From Chloroflexota bacterium (GTDB taxonomy: Bacteria; Chloroflexota; Dehalococcoidia; Lucifugimonadales; Lucifugimonadaceae): a DNA stretch of 64,000 nt. Position 1 is the stretch's first letter. Each line of letters begins with the position of its first letter. Positions 1-9,707 of this stretch are shown one piece after another. The stretch is from assembly GCA_002719295.1 (NCBI GenBank), contig PBHC01000012.1, positions 77,930-141,929 of the forward strand, written 5' to 3'. The notes beneath the pieces are model-generated. The model worked only from the letters and a program-made list of their open reading frames with translations, did no database searches and was not told the origin of the DNA. Both the position numbers and the translations under genes were made by a program.

Positions 1-1145
1 CCATTTTTTATATTTAATGGGCCTCCTATCATTTCATCTTTCCAAGGGACATCATCTATATCTATTTCCATTATTCTTACATTAGGGACGTTTGCGCAAA
101 GATTTAATGAAATCATAGTTGATAAATGAGAATAGTAATTATGGGGAGCAATGTTTATCTGGTGACTTGCAGCAAGGGCTGCTACTTCCTTAGAATTTAT
201 AAATCCTTGCCAGGGTATATCTATCATTGCTACATCCATTGATCTCTTGTCAAAATAAGGTCTGTAGTCTGTTATTCCTAAAAGGTTTTCTCCTGAAGTA
301 ATAGGGACGTCTGTAGAATCAGTTATTTCTTTCAATCCATCAGGCTCATACATATCTATTTCAACCCACATCATATTGTATTTTTCCAAAACCTTGCAAA
401 TTTTCTTAACTGCCTGTGGTTTGAAATTAAAATTTAGATCAAGGCCAATAGTTACTTTACCTTCAGATCCTTCTTGTAGGGCACTAATATGATCTTCTAT
501 TACGTCCAAGAGTTCATAATTTATAAAAGTTTGATTATCCGCTGTATATTCTAACCCTTGATCTGTTGTTCCATAACCTCCTCCAAAGCCACCAAAAAAA
601 ACATAAGTGCTTTCTGGTGGATTACTTAAAGGAGAATCAGGGCGAACAATAATATTTGTTTTAAGAGATGTATAACCTTTATCCTTGACTTCTTTACCTA
701 GATTAATAATATCTTGTCTGGAATTTAGAGGGTCTACTCCCAGTTGTTCATAGCTTCTAGCCCTAGATGTTCCACAATGGGACCAATAAATTTTTTGTTT
801 ATCTCGAACCTTTCCGCCAAAAAGATCATAAACCGGAACTCCATGATGCTTTCCTTTTATATCCCATAATGCCAATTCAATTCCCGCAATAGCCTTAAGA
901 GCTATTCCTCCTTTTGACTGTATTGCCATTCTTTGTAAATCCCAGTAAATCGATTGAATATTTAGAGGGTCTCTTCCTAGTAACAATGGTTTGAAATCTT
1001 CAACAGATCCGACTATACCCCATGGATTTCTTCCATCTGACATTTCTCCATATCCTGTTATTCCTGAGTCAGTAATAATTTCAGTGAATTGCCAAGGTCT
1101 CCATCCAGCATCTACTACATAAGTATTAATAGCTTCTATTTTCAT
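1..1145 (-). CDS. Mandelate racemase/muconate lactonizing enzyme (enolase superfamily) protein, 3' end runs off window; not in ORF track
   Basis: Manual translation MKIEAINTYVVDAGWRPWQFTEIITDSGITGYGE...AIAGIELALWDIKGK...KTN...LDLN...WVE...SGEN...APHN stays open to base 1; GGAG SD upstream. Confidence 0.9.
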   Translation of the reverse strand, partial: MKIEAINTYVVDAGWRPWQFTEIITDSGITGYGEMSDGRNPWGIVGSVEDFKPLLLGRDPLNIQSIYWDLQRMAIQSKGGIALKAIAGIELALWDIKGKHHGVPVYDLFGGKVRDKQKIYWSHCGTSRARSYEQLGVDPLNSRQDIINLGKEVKDKGYTSLKTNIIVRPDSPLSNPPESTYVFFGGFGGGYGTTDQGLEYTADNQTFINYELLDVIEDHISALQEGSEGKVTIGLDLNFNFKPQAVKKICKVLEKYNMMWVEIDMYEPDGLKEITDSTDVPITSGENLLGITDYRPYFDKRSMDVAMIDIPWQGFINSKEVAALAASHQINIAPHNYYSHLSTMISLNLCANVPNVRIMEIDIDDVPWKDEMIGGPLNIKN

Positions 1146-1220
1146 ATCTTTACTCCTTACTAGTGATATATGTAATATAGACATAAATTTATTTAAAGTA
1201 AACAACCTAAAGAAAAGACT

Positions 1221-2183
1221 ATGTCTGAAAAAAATTGCTGTAGTCCAAACAGAGAAAAAAGTATTGATTTTGAAATCAAGAATGATTTTTCTATTAGTAA
1301 TTTATCTGAAAAATCAAAAATAAGTAAAATGGTTAAGGTTTCTCAAGGGAGCTTTCTTATGGGTACTGATTATGAGAATGCTTTTGTAAATGATGGAGAA
1401 GGACCAGTAAGAGAAGTAGAGGTTGATACTTTTTATATTGATCAATTTCCTGTCACGAATAAAGATTTTGATGACTTTTGTTCTCAAACTGGCTACAAAA
1501 CAGAGGCTGAAAAATATAAATGGTCCTTTGTTTTTTATCAACTAGTTTCAAATAATACAAAAAATAGTGTTACAGAGACTGTTTCAGGGGCACCTTGGTG
1601 GTGGAAAGTTGATGGAGCTTACTGGAGAAATCCAAACGGTCCTGATTCAAATCTTATGGATTTAGAAAAACATCCAGTTGTTCATGTGTCATGGAATGAT
1701 GCTAATGCTTATGCAAAATGGATCGGAAAAGATTTACCTACTGAAGCAGAATGGGAAATGGCAGCTAGGGGAGGATTAAATCAAAATATTTTTTCTTGGG
1801 GTAATGATGATAATGATATTTATAATAAATGTAATATTTGGGATGGAGATTTTCCTGAAACAAATACGCTAAAAGATGGCTGGTTAGGAACTTCTCCTGT
1901 TGATTATTACGAGCCAAATAACTATGGAATTTATGATACTTCTGGAAATGTTTGGGAATGGTGTAAAGATTGGTTTTCACCTTCCTTTCATCAAGTTGAA
2001 CGAAAAGACACAAGGATTAATCCTACAGGGCCAAAATATGGCTCCTCAAAAACTATGAAAGGTGGCTCTTATTTATGTCATAATTCATATTGCAATAGGT
2101 ATAGAACATCAGCGAGAACTCAAAATACTCCTGATTCCTCTACAGGAAATTTAGGATTTAGGTTAATATATAGAAACAAATAG
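1221..2183 (+). CDS. Formylglycine-generating enzyme (SUMF1/FGE family)
   Basis: LPTEAEWE, GNVWEWC and the Cu-binding GGSYLCHNSYCNRYR motif; NLGFR at C-terminus. Confidence 0.9.
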   Translation: MSEKNCCSPNREKSIDFEIKNDFSISNLSEKSKISKMVKVSQGSFLMGTDYENAFVNDGEGPVREVEVDTFYIDQFPVTNKDFDDFCSQTGYKTEAEKYKWSFVFYQLVSNNTKNSVTETVSGAPWWWKVDGAYWRNPNGPDSNLMDLEKHPVVHVSWNDANAYAKWIGKDLPTEAEWEMAARGGLNQNIFSWGNDDNDIYNKCNIWDGDFPETNTLKDGWLGTSPVDYYEPNNYGIYDTSGNVWEWCKDWFSPSFHQVERKDTRINPTGPKYGSSKTMKGGSYLCHNSYCNRYRTSARTQNTPDSSTGNLGFRLIYRNK

Positions 2184-2192
2184 GAGGGTAAT

Positions 2193-3296
2193 ATGTTAGA
2201 CAGATTTAAAGTTCCTGAGGAAGATAAAGTTTATGTTCCTGTGGAAAAAATTACTAAGGTTACAGAAAATATTTTAAAATCTTCAGGAGTTTCTGAGGAA
2301 GGAGCAAAAAATTCTACCTCAGTTTTGATTGGTAACGACCTAAGAGGCGTAGAGACTCATGGAGTATCAAACGGACTGAGGCTTTACGTAGAAAAGTACG
2401 CTTCTGGAGAGTATAACTCCAATCCTGACATTAAAATTGTTAGAGAATCTGCAACTACAGCTACCATAGATGGAGATAATGCATTAGGTGCAGAAATAGG
2501 TCCTATTGCAATGGAAATGGCTATAGAAAAGGCAGAAAAATATGGCATGGGATGTGTTGTTGTTAGTAATACAGGGCATTTGGCAGGTTGTGGTTATTAT
2601 CCACTTCAAGCAGTAGAAAAAGATATGATAGGACAAGCTATGACTTCAGGTGGAGCAGGTTTGACAGTTCCGACATGGGGATCAGAGCCAATACTTGGTA
2701 CTAATCCAGTTGCTTGGGCTGCACCCGCTGATGAAATGCCTCCATTTCTTTTTGATATTGCAACTACTCAAATTGCATCAAATAAAATAGGTCTTGCTTT
2801 AAGAACAGGGGCAAAAATTTTACCGGGATGGATAACAGATAAGGACGGAGAGCCAATTTTAGAAGAAGTTGATGCACCTCAAAGAACTGGAAGGCACGGA
2901 GAATCAAACTATCATCTTTTGCCATTTGGTGGAACAAGAGAAAATGGTTCTCATAAAGGATTTGGATTAGGGATGGTAGTTGAGATTATGACAAATGAAC
3001 TTTCAGGAATGGGGCCAGCTCCTGTTTTACACCATGAAGGTTCTGATATGTTTGCTGCTTATTCTATTGATGCTTTTACTGATGTAAAAAAATTCAAAAA
3101 AGATATGGATCAATTGTTGAGTAAAATTATCAATTCAAAACCGGCTTCAGGGTATGACCGTGTAGTTTATGCAGGGCTTATGGAAAATGAGGAGTACTTA
3201 AAAAGATCTCAAGAAGGAATTCCTTATCATAAAGAGGTAATTGAATGGTTTGAAAATTATTGTAATGAAATAGGTATAGATTGTGAGTTAAGATAA
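2193..3296 (+). CDS. Ldh_2 family (type-2 malate/L-lactate/sulfolactate dehydrogenase-like) oxidoreductase, copy A
   Basis: DLRGVETHG, GTNP, FDIAT, HKGFGL motifs; AGGAG SD. Confidence 0.88.
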   Translation: MLDRFKVPEEDKVYVPVEKITKVTENILKSSGVSEEGAKNSTSVLIGNDLRGVETHGVSNGLRLYVEKYASGEYNSNPDIKIVRESATTATIDGDNALGAEIGPIAMEMAIEKAEKYGMGCVVVSNTGHLAGCGYYPLQAVEKDMIGQAMTSGGAGLTVPTWGSEPILGTNPVAWAAPADEMPPFLFDIATTQIASNKIGLALRTGAKILPGWITDKDGEPILEEVDAPQRTGRHGESNYHLLPFGGTRENGSHKGFGLGMVVEIMTNELSGMGPAPVLHHEGSDMFAAYSIDAFTDVKKFKKDMDQLLSKIINSKPASGYDRVVYAGLMENEEYLKRSQEGIPYHKEVIEWFENYCNEIGIDCELR

Positions 3297-4381
3297 TGCT
3301 AGAAAGATTTAAGGTTCCTGATGAGGATAAAATCTTTGTTGATTCAGAGAAAATTTTTGACTTAACAAAAAATATATTAAAAAATATAGGAGTTTCAGAA
3401 AAAGGTGCCAATAATACGGCATCAGTTTTAATTGGTAATGATTTAAGAGGAGTTGAAAGTCATGGAGTTTCAAATGGATTAAGGCTATACCTCGACAGAT
3501 ATAAAGATGGTACTTATAATCCTAGTCCAAATATTAAGATATTACGTGAGACTCCTACTACCGCTAAAATTGACGGAGATAATGCTATTGGAACAGAAAT
3601 AGGTCCTGTTGCAATGGATATGGCAATTGAAAAAGCTCAAAAATATGGGATGGGGTCAGTTTCTGTTATAAATACAGGGCATTTAGCTGGTTGTGGGCAT
3701 TATGTGTTGCAAGCAGCAGAAAAAGATATGATAGGTCATTGCTACACAGGAAGCCCTGCTGGTCAAACTTTACCAACAGGGGGTTCAGAGCCAATACTTG
3801 GTACCAATCCTGTTGCATGGGGTGCACCTGCAAATGAAATGCCATCTTTTCTTTTTGATATAGCCACATCTCAGGTAGCAGGTAATAAAATAGAGCTAAC
3901 TCGAAGAACTGGTGCCAAACTGCTTCCATCATGGATAGCTGATAAGTCAGGAAATCCAATAATAGAAGAGATTGAAACTCCTGGCAAGGGAGATTACCAT
4001 TTGCTTCCATTTGGAGGAACTAGAGAAAATGGTTCACATAAAGGATACGGCCTAGGAATGGTAGCAGAAATAATGTCTAACATATTATCAGGAGCAGGTC
4101 CTGGATTATTTAACGACCATCAAGGCTCAGATTATTTTGCAGCATATTCTATTGATGCTTTCACTGATGTACAAAAATTTAAGTTAGATATGGATTCTTT
4201 GTTAACAAAAATAATTGATTCAAAACCAGCAAAAGGCTTTGAAAGAGTAGTATATGCAGGTTTCTTGGAAAATGAAGAATTTGAAAAAAGATCAACTAAA
4301 GGAATCCCGTATCACAAAGAAGTAGTAACCTGGTTTGAAAATTATTGCAAAAAAGTTGGTGTTGATTTCAATTTACGATAA
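3296..4381 (+). CDS. Ldh_2 family oxidoreductase, copy B (tandem paralog)
   Basis: DLRGVESHG, GTNP, FDIAT, HKGYGL; TAATG overlap with copy A. Confidence 0.88.
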   Translation: MLERFKVPDEDKIFVDSEKIFDLTKNILKNIGVSEKGANNTASVLIGNDLRGVESHGVSNGLRLYLDRYKDGTYNPSPNIKILRETPTTAKIDGDNAIGTEIGPVAMDMAIEKAQKYGMGSVSVINTGHLAGCGHYVLQAAEKDMIGHCYTGSPAGQTLPTGGSEPILGTNPVAWGAPANEMPSFLFDIATSQVAGNKIELTRRTGAKLLPSWIADKSGNPIIEEIETPGKGDYHLLPFGGTRENGSHKGYGLGMVAEIMSNILSGAGPGLFNDHQGSDYFAAYSIDAFTDVQKFKLDMDSLLTKIIDSKPAKGFERVVYAGFLENEEFEKRSTKGIPYHKEVVTWFENYCKKVGVDFNLR

Positions 4382-5278
4382 TTAGACTTTCATTGTTCTT
4401 TTAGTAAATTTTCTTCCAACTTCAGCTGCTTCAGGGTCTTGGCCTGCAATCACTCTTGCTCCTGACTTGATTACATCAATTATGTTATCAGGGGAAGCTA
4501 CCTCTAAGAATTTCACCCCATTTTTATCGCATGCTTTTTTTACTCTTGCTGATGCCTCTTTTATTCTAGGGTCAACTTCTTTATCTCCTGGTTTTCTTCT
4601 TATTTTCATAGACATTGACATATCTCCGGGCCCCATTTCTGCGAAACCAATACCAGGAATACTTAAAATTTGTTCACAATTGTTCAAACCCCCCAATGTT
4701 TCTATCTTAAGTCCTAATAATAATTCTCCTTTAGGATTTAAGGGCCATGGATCTGCTTTATCCCTATATTCATTATCGTCCTCAATACCCCATTTTCTTT
4801 TGGCCATAAATTCTGATCCGACACCTCGTGTTCCATCCCTTAATCCAAATCCCACCCCAGTATCATTTATTTTATATCTACATGATTCCACAAAAGCTCT
4901 TACAGCATCTGGAGAGGTGGCTTCGCATAATAAAATCCCGTGCACACCTCTTGCTAAAATTTGCCTTATTTGCCAAGCGTTATACTGAATGATTTCTTCT
5001 GTTTCTCCCTGAACAGGCAATTCTACTATTACAGGAGGCGTAACATGACCTGAGTTAGTGGGGCCTCCTGCCATAAGGCCTTCCATGTATGCCTCTAGTC
5101 CAGTCATATCAAAAGCTCCATGCTCCATACCTATATTTATATAATCAGCCCATATTTTAGAATCTTTTTTCCCTTGCTCAAAAGTTAAAAAATCTTTTGA
5201 AAAAGTATGAAGCCCTGTATAGTAAATAGGCTGATCATCTTCTAATAATTCTATTGCTCTATTTATTCTATTTGGCAT
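4382..5278 (-). CDS. HpcH/HpaI aldolase/citrate lyase family protein
   Basis: MEHG, KIET, GPGDMSMS motifs; start moved to MPNRIN (ATG 5278, GGAG upstream). Confidence 0.8.
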   Translation of the reverse strand: MPNRINRAIELLEDDQPIYYTGLHTFSKDFLTFEQGKKDSKIWADYINIGMEHGAFDMTGLEAYMEGLMAGGPTNSGHVTPPVIVELPVQGETEEIIQYNAWQIRQILARGVHGILLCEATSPDAVRAFVESCRYKINDTGVGFGLRDGTRGVGSEFMAKRKWGIEDDNEYRDKADPWPLNPKGELLLGLKIETLGGLNNCEQILSIPGIGFAEMGPGDMSMSMKIRRKPGDKEVDPRIKEASARVKKACDKNGVKFLEVASPDNIIDVIKSGARVIAGQDPEAAEVGRKFTKRTMKV

Positions 5279-5351
5279 AACAACTCCATTAAATATTTTA
5301 GTTTTTAGTCTATTTATGAAAATATAATAGTAAAGCAAACAAAATAAAAGT

Positions 5352-5924
5352 ATGAAAAAAATAGTATTAATAATATTTGGGATTATAATCTTAACTTTTG
5401 CAGGATGTTACGATCCTCCATCTAGAGAAAAGCAAGGATTGGATTACAATTCTTTAGAACAACTATTTAAAACATCAGACAGGGTCCTAAAATTAAAAAA
5501 ATTAGATAGTGATTTAAGCTTTATAGTTGAAGAAAATGAATATTTTAGTTTTAAGTTTTTAGTTTTAGAAAAATTTAAGGGATCTTCAAGTATTGGGGAT
5601 GAGATTTTTATCACTTTTCTTAAAAGTGATTTAAACGACTTATTTATTCTGGATGAAAAACTAGAAACTTTTGATCAAACCTTTGATCAAAATGATTATC
5701 TTTTCTTTCTTATTGGAAGGGCAAGAAAAAACGTTTTTCCAAAAGAACTAGGCGGAAGCTTATGGTATAAAAATGGAAATCCTTCAATTTTTCAAATCAA
5801 AAATAATAATGTAAATATAATTTCTAAAAAAAATCAACTTAATTCTCTTGATAAAAGTTTTGTAGAAATTTTAGAAATGTCAGAAACAAAATTCTTAAAC
5901 TTAGTAAAATTGTTAAATGAATAG
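5352..5924 (+). CDS. Hypothetical lipoprotein
   Basis: MKK + hydrophobic stretch + lipobox FAGC. Confidence 0.7.
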   Translation: MKKIVLIIFGIIILTFAGCYDPPSREKQGLDYNSLEQLFKTSDRVLKLKKLDSDLSFIVEENEYFSFKFLVLEKFKGSSSIGDEIFITFLKSDLNDLFILDEKLETFDQTFDQNDYLFFLIGRARKNVFPKELGGSLWYKNGNPSIFQIKNNNVNIISKKNQLNSLDKSFVEILEMSETKFLNLVKLLNE

Positions 5925-6072
5925 TTTTTTCTTTTTACATGGAAGAGTGGGATATTTAGACGAAGTATTGATTTTTTTTATCTTACCACCTCTATTAATA
6001 ATAATTATAAGTGCATGGAGAAGAGGTACAAAAAGAAAAAATAGGATGAAATCTAAAAATTCTAAGAGATAG
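5917..6072 (+). CDS. Small single-pass membrane protein (51 aa), not in ORF track
   Basis: MNSFFFLHGRVGYLDEVLIFFILPPLLIIIISAWRRGTKRKNRMKSKNSKR; ATG overlaps lipoprotein end; TM plus basic tail; fills the gap between neighbours. Confidence 0.6.
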   Translation: MNSFFFLHGRVGYLDEVLIFFILPPLLIIIISAWRRGTKRKNRMKSKNSKR

Positions 6073-7258
6073 CTTTATTCAAAAACAATTTTTCTATCTT
6101 TTCATTTGAAAACCCAAAATCACTTAGAACTTTTTCAGTATGTTCACCTAATAAAGGTGAAGGAGTTCTTATCGAACTTGGTTTTTCTAAGAATTTAGCA
6201 ACAACTCCGATATTATCAACTTCTCCAATTTTTGGATGTACAGTTTTTACTTTCATGTTTCTGTAAATAATTTGAGGATCTTCCCATACTTCATCGATTT
6301 TATTAATAGGTCCGCATGGAACACCCGCATTATCTAAAATTTCAATCCACTGATTTCTGTTTTTTTTCATAAATGTTTTTTCTAGTTCAATTTCTAAATC
6401 TTTTATATTTTTCATTCTGTTCGTGTTATCAATAAAATTTTTGTTTTCTTTAAGGTCATTTCTTTCTATTGCATCACATAATCTCTCCCAATTGCTTTGG
6501 TTTGGAGCTGCAACGTTCAGATATCCATCCTTTGTTTTTAATGCCTGGTATGGAGCAGAAACTCTATGTGCAGATCCTAAAGGTTCTGCAATTTCTTCAT
6601 TATAAAAGTATCCTGTAGATTCCCAAACTGTATATGCTAAAGCAGATTCTAATAGAGAAACTTCAATATATTGCCCTTCTTTATTTTTCAATAAATTTAT
6701 ATATGCTGCTTCTATAGCTGAAAGTGCATACATGCCAGTATTTAAATCTGCTACTGGAACACCTACCTTTGCCGGTGGGTTATTAGGATGCCCTGTAATA
6801 CTCATAAGTCCACTCATTCCTTGTGCGACTAGGTCAAATCCTGCTCTTTTAGCATATGGACCAGTACGACCAAATCCAGAAATAGAACAATATATAATTT
6901 TGTCATTTATTTTTTTTAAGTCTTTGTAACCTAAACCTAATTTTTCCATTGTTCCAGTTCTATAATTTTCTATTATTACATCACTTTTTTTAACAAGAGA
7001 TTTCATAGTTTCAATCCCATCTTGATTCTTGAAATCTATTACTACAGATTCTTTATTGCGATTCAAGTTCATGAAACCGACCGACTCTCCATTTTTAAAT
7101 GGACCCCATTTCCTAATGTCATCTCCTCCATTAGGTTTTTCAATTTTTATTACCCTTGCTCCCATATCGGCCAAAATCATTGAGCAAAATGGTCCGGCTA
7201 ATATTTGACTGCAATCTAAAACAGTCAAACCCTTTAAAATTCCAGAATTATTTATCAT
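6062..7258 (-). CDS. CaiB/BaiF family III CoA-transferase
   Basis: LAGPFCSMILADMGARVIKIE, NRNKES, ENYRTG, GFDLVAQGMSG, LGEHT. Confidence 0.92.
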   Translation of the reverse strand: MINNSGILKGLTVLDCSQILAGPFCSMILADMGARVIKIEKPNGGDDIRKWGPFKNGESVGFMNLNRNKESVVIDFKNQDGIETMKSLVKKSDVIIENYRTGTMEKLGLGYKDLKKINDKIIYCSISGFGRTGPYAKRAGFDLVAQGMSGLMSITGHPNNPPAKVGVPVADLNTGMYALSAIEAAYINLLKNKEGQYIEVSLLESALAYTVWESTGYFYNEEIAEPLGSAHRVSAPYQALKTKDGYLNVAAPNQSNWERLCDAIERNDLKENKNFIDNTNRMKNIKDLEIELEKTFMKKNRNQWIEILDNAGVPCGPINKIDEVWEDPQIIYRNMKVKTVHPKIGEVDNIGVVAKFLEKPSSIRTPSPLLGEHTEKVLSDFGFSNEKIEKLFLNKAIS

Positions 7259-7388
7259 GATCTTTCCTATTTATAGTCTTTCTTGCTTAAAAAACACATT
7301 TTATAAAGAATTTGCATAATTAAGATATAATGAAATCAGAAATTAAAAAATATTAAAAATAAAAAAAACTAAATAACTGGAGGTCATT

Positions 7389-8927
7389 ATGAATATGATC
7401 ATAGCGGTTATCATTAGTATTTTAGCATCAGGATTAGTTGGTGTTGCAGCAGGATACGTAGCAAGAGCATTTTTTGCAAATGGAGAGCTACGAAGAACAA
7501 AAGATGCTGTAGAAGGACAACTTAGAAGAGCGGAAGCTAGAAGTAGAGAAATATTGGTTGAAGCCAAAGAAAATGCTCTGCAAATAAAAAGCGATGCTCA
7601 GCAAGGTATAAGTAATAGTCTTAGAGATATTCAAAGACAAGAAACACAATTAGAAACAAGAGAAGACAATTTAAAAAAACAAAATGTTGATCTTAAGAGA
7701 AAATTTGATGAAGTTGAAAATAAGGACAAGTCTCTAGAACTCGAAAGAGATAAAGTTAAAAAAATTGATGCTCAACAAGTAGAGGCTTTAGAAAAGATTT
7801 CTAATTATACTGCCAAAGAAGCTAAAGAAATACTAATTGATAAGACGAATAAAGATATAGAATTTGAACTAGCTAAATTATACAAAGAGGCTGAAACTGA
7901 AATGTATAATCAAGCTGATGATAAAGCTAAAGAAATTCTAGCGTCTTCAATGCAAAGGTTTGCATCTGAAGTAGTTGGAGAATCTTCAGTTTCTTCTATA
8001 GAACTGCCAAATGAAGAAATGAAAGGCAGAATTATTGGAAGAGAAGGTAGAAACATCAGAGCCTTGGAAAATTTTACTGGTGTTGATCTAATTGTAGATG
8101 AAGAACCCAAATCAATTTCAATTTCATGCTTTGATCCAATAAGAAAACAGACTGCTATAGTAGCTATAAACTCATTAATCAAGGATGGTAGAATTCATCC
8201 AGCTAGAATTGAAGAATTAGTTGATAAAGCTAAAAATGAAGTTAATAGAGAAATAAAAAAAGCAGGTCAAAAAGCTGTATTTGATACAAATATTAAGGGT
8301 TTGAACGGAGAAGTAGTTGAGCTTATGGGAAGATTGAAATTCAGATACTCTTATGGAGAAAATGTATTGCAGCATTCAGTTGAAGTTGGGAGATTTGCTG
8401 GAATTATTGGTGCTCAAATTGGATTAGATGAAGAAATATGCAAAACTGCTGGATTTTTACATGATTTGGGAAAAGCACTTACTCATGAAATTGAAGGCCC
8501 CCATGCAGAAATAGGTGCAGATGTGGCAGAAAGAAATAATTTGCCATCTACTGTAGTAACTGCAATAAGGGAGCATCATGATAGAGAAATGAGTTGTGCT
8601 GAAAGTTATGTAGTCGCAGCCGCAGACGCTATATCTGCAGCTAGGCCTGGCGCTCGAAATGATTCATTGGAAAGATATATTGAAAGATTAACTGCTTTGG
8701 AAGAAATTGCCTTGGCCAAAGAAGGTGTTCAGAAATGTTATGCAATACAAGCAGGAAGAGAAGTTCGAGTAATGGTTGATCCTGATACCATAGATGACAT
8801 TAAGGCGTCCTCATTGGCAAGAAGTATTTCAGAAGAAATTAAGCAAAAACTTAATTTCCCTGGCCAAATTAAAGTAATTGTTATTAGAGAAACAAGAGCC
8901 ATAGAAACTACAGGAGATTTCAACTAA
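7389..8927 (+). CDS. rny: Ribonuclease Y
   Basis: N-terminal TM, coiled coil, KH domain (KGRIIGREGRNI), HD domain (LHDLGK), AADAISAARPGAR; GGAGG SD. Confidence 0.96.
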   Translation: MNMIIAVIISILASGLVGVAAGYVARAFFANGELRRTKDAVEGQLRRAEARSREILVEAKENALQIKSDAQQGISNSLRDIQRQETQLETREDNLKKQNVDLKRKFDEVENKDKSLELERDKVKKIDAQQVEALEKISNYTAKEAKEILIDKTNKDIEFELAKLYKEAETEMYNQADDKAKEILASSMQRFASEVVGESSVSSIELPNEEMKGRIIGREGRNIRALENFTGVDLIVDEEPKSISISCFDPIRKQTAIVAINSLIKDGRIHPARIEELVDKAKNEVNREIKKAGQKAVFDTNIKGLNGEVVELMGRLKFRYSYGENVLQHSVEVGRFAGIIGAQIGLDEEICKTAGFLHDLGKALTHEIEGPHAEIGADVAERNNLPSTVVTAIREHHDREMSCAESYVVAAADAISAARPGARNDSLERYIERLTALEEIALAKEGVQKCYAIQAGREVRVMVDPDTIDDIKASSLARSISEEIKQKLNFPGQIKVIVIRETRAIETTGDFN

Positions 8928-8936
8928 GGAGATATA

Positions 8937-9707
8937 TTGAAAATTCTCATGATAGGAGATGTAGTGGGTAAAGGGGGAAGAAGAACTCTTTCAACTTTAC
9001 TTCCTGAATTGATTGAAGAGCAAAATATTGATTTTGTTATAGCTCAAGGAGAAAATTCTGCAGGAGGTTTTGGAATAACAAAAAAAACTTCAAAAGAATT
9101 TTTTAATTGTGGAGTTGATGTAATAACTTCGGGGAATCATATTTGGGATAAACCTGATATTTTTGAAGAACTTGATGTTATAAATTCTAAAATATTAAGG
9201 CCAAATAACTATCCGAAAACAAAACCAGGGACCGGAATCTATTTTAATAACGAAATTATAGTTATAAATCTTTTAGGATCAGTTTGGATGGGAGAAATAG
9301 AATCCCCATTTGATTCTATTTCTTCAATTTTAGATGAACTACCTGACGTTCCAACTTTTATTGATTTTCATGCAGAAGCAACTTCGGAAAAAGCAGCTTT
9401 AGCATGGTATCTAGATGGAAGAATTTCAGCATTAGTAGGTACCCATACACACGTCCCAACTTCTGATAATAAGATTTTGCCAGAAGGAACAGGATTTGTT
9501 TCGGATCTAGGAATGGTAGGAGGAAAAAATACTATTTTAGGAATGGATAAAGATGCATCAATTAATCGTTTTTTTAACGGAAAAAGAATAAGGATGAACC
9601 CCGTAGAAAAGGGGGATATGGTATTTAATTCTGTATTAATTGATATAGATAAATCAAGTAAAAGAACCAAGTCTATAACTAGAATAGATAGAGAAATTCA
9701 TATCTAA
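8937..9707 (+). CDS. ymdB: YmdB-like metallophosphoesterase
   Basis: GDVVG, GENSAGG, TSGNH, DFHAEATSEK, GTHTH; TTG start; follows rny. Confidence 0.93.
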   Translation: MKILMIGDVVGKGGRRTLSTLLPELIEEQNIDFVIAQGENSAGGFGITKKTSKEFFNCGVDVITSGNHIWDKPDIFEELDVINSKILRPNNYPKTKPGTGIYFNNEIIVINLLGSVWMGEIESPFDSISSILDELPDVPTFIDFHAEATSEKAALAWYLDGRISALVGTHTHVPTSDNKILPEGTGFVSDLGMVGGKNTILGMDKDASINRFFNGKRIRMNPVEKGDMVFNSVLIDIDKSSKRTKSITRIDREIHI

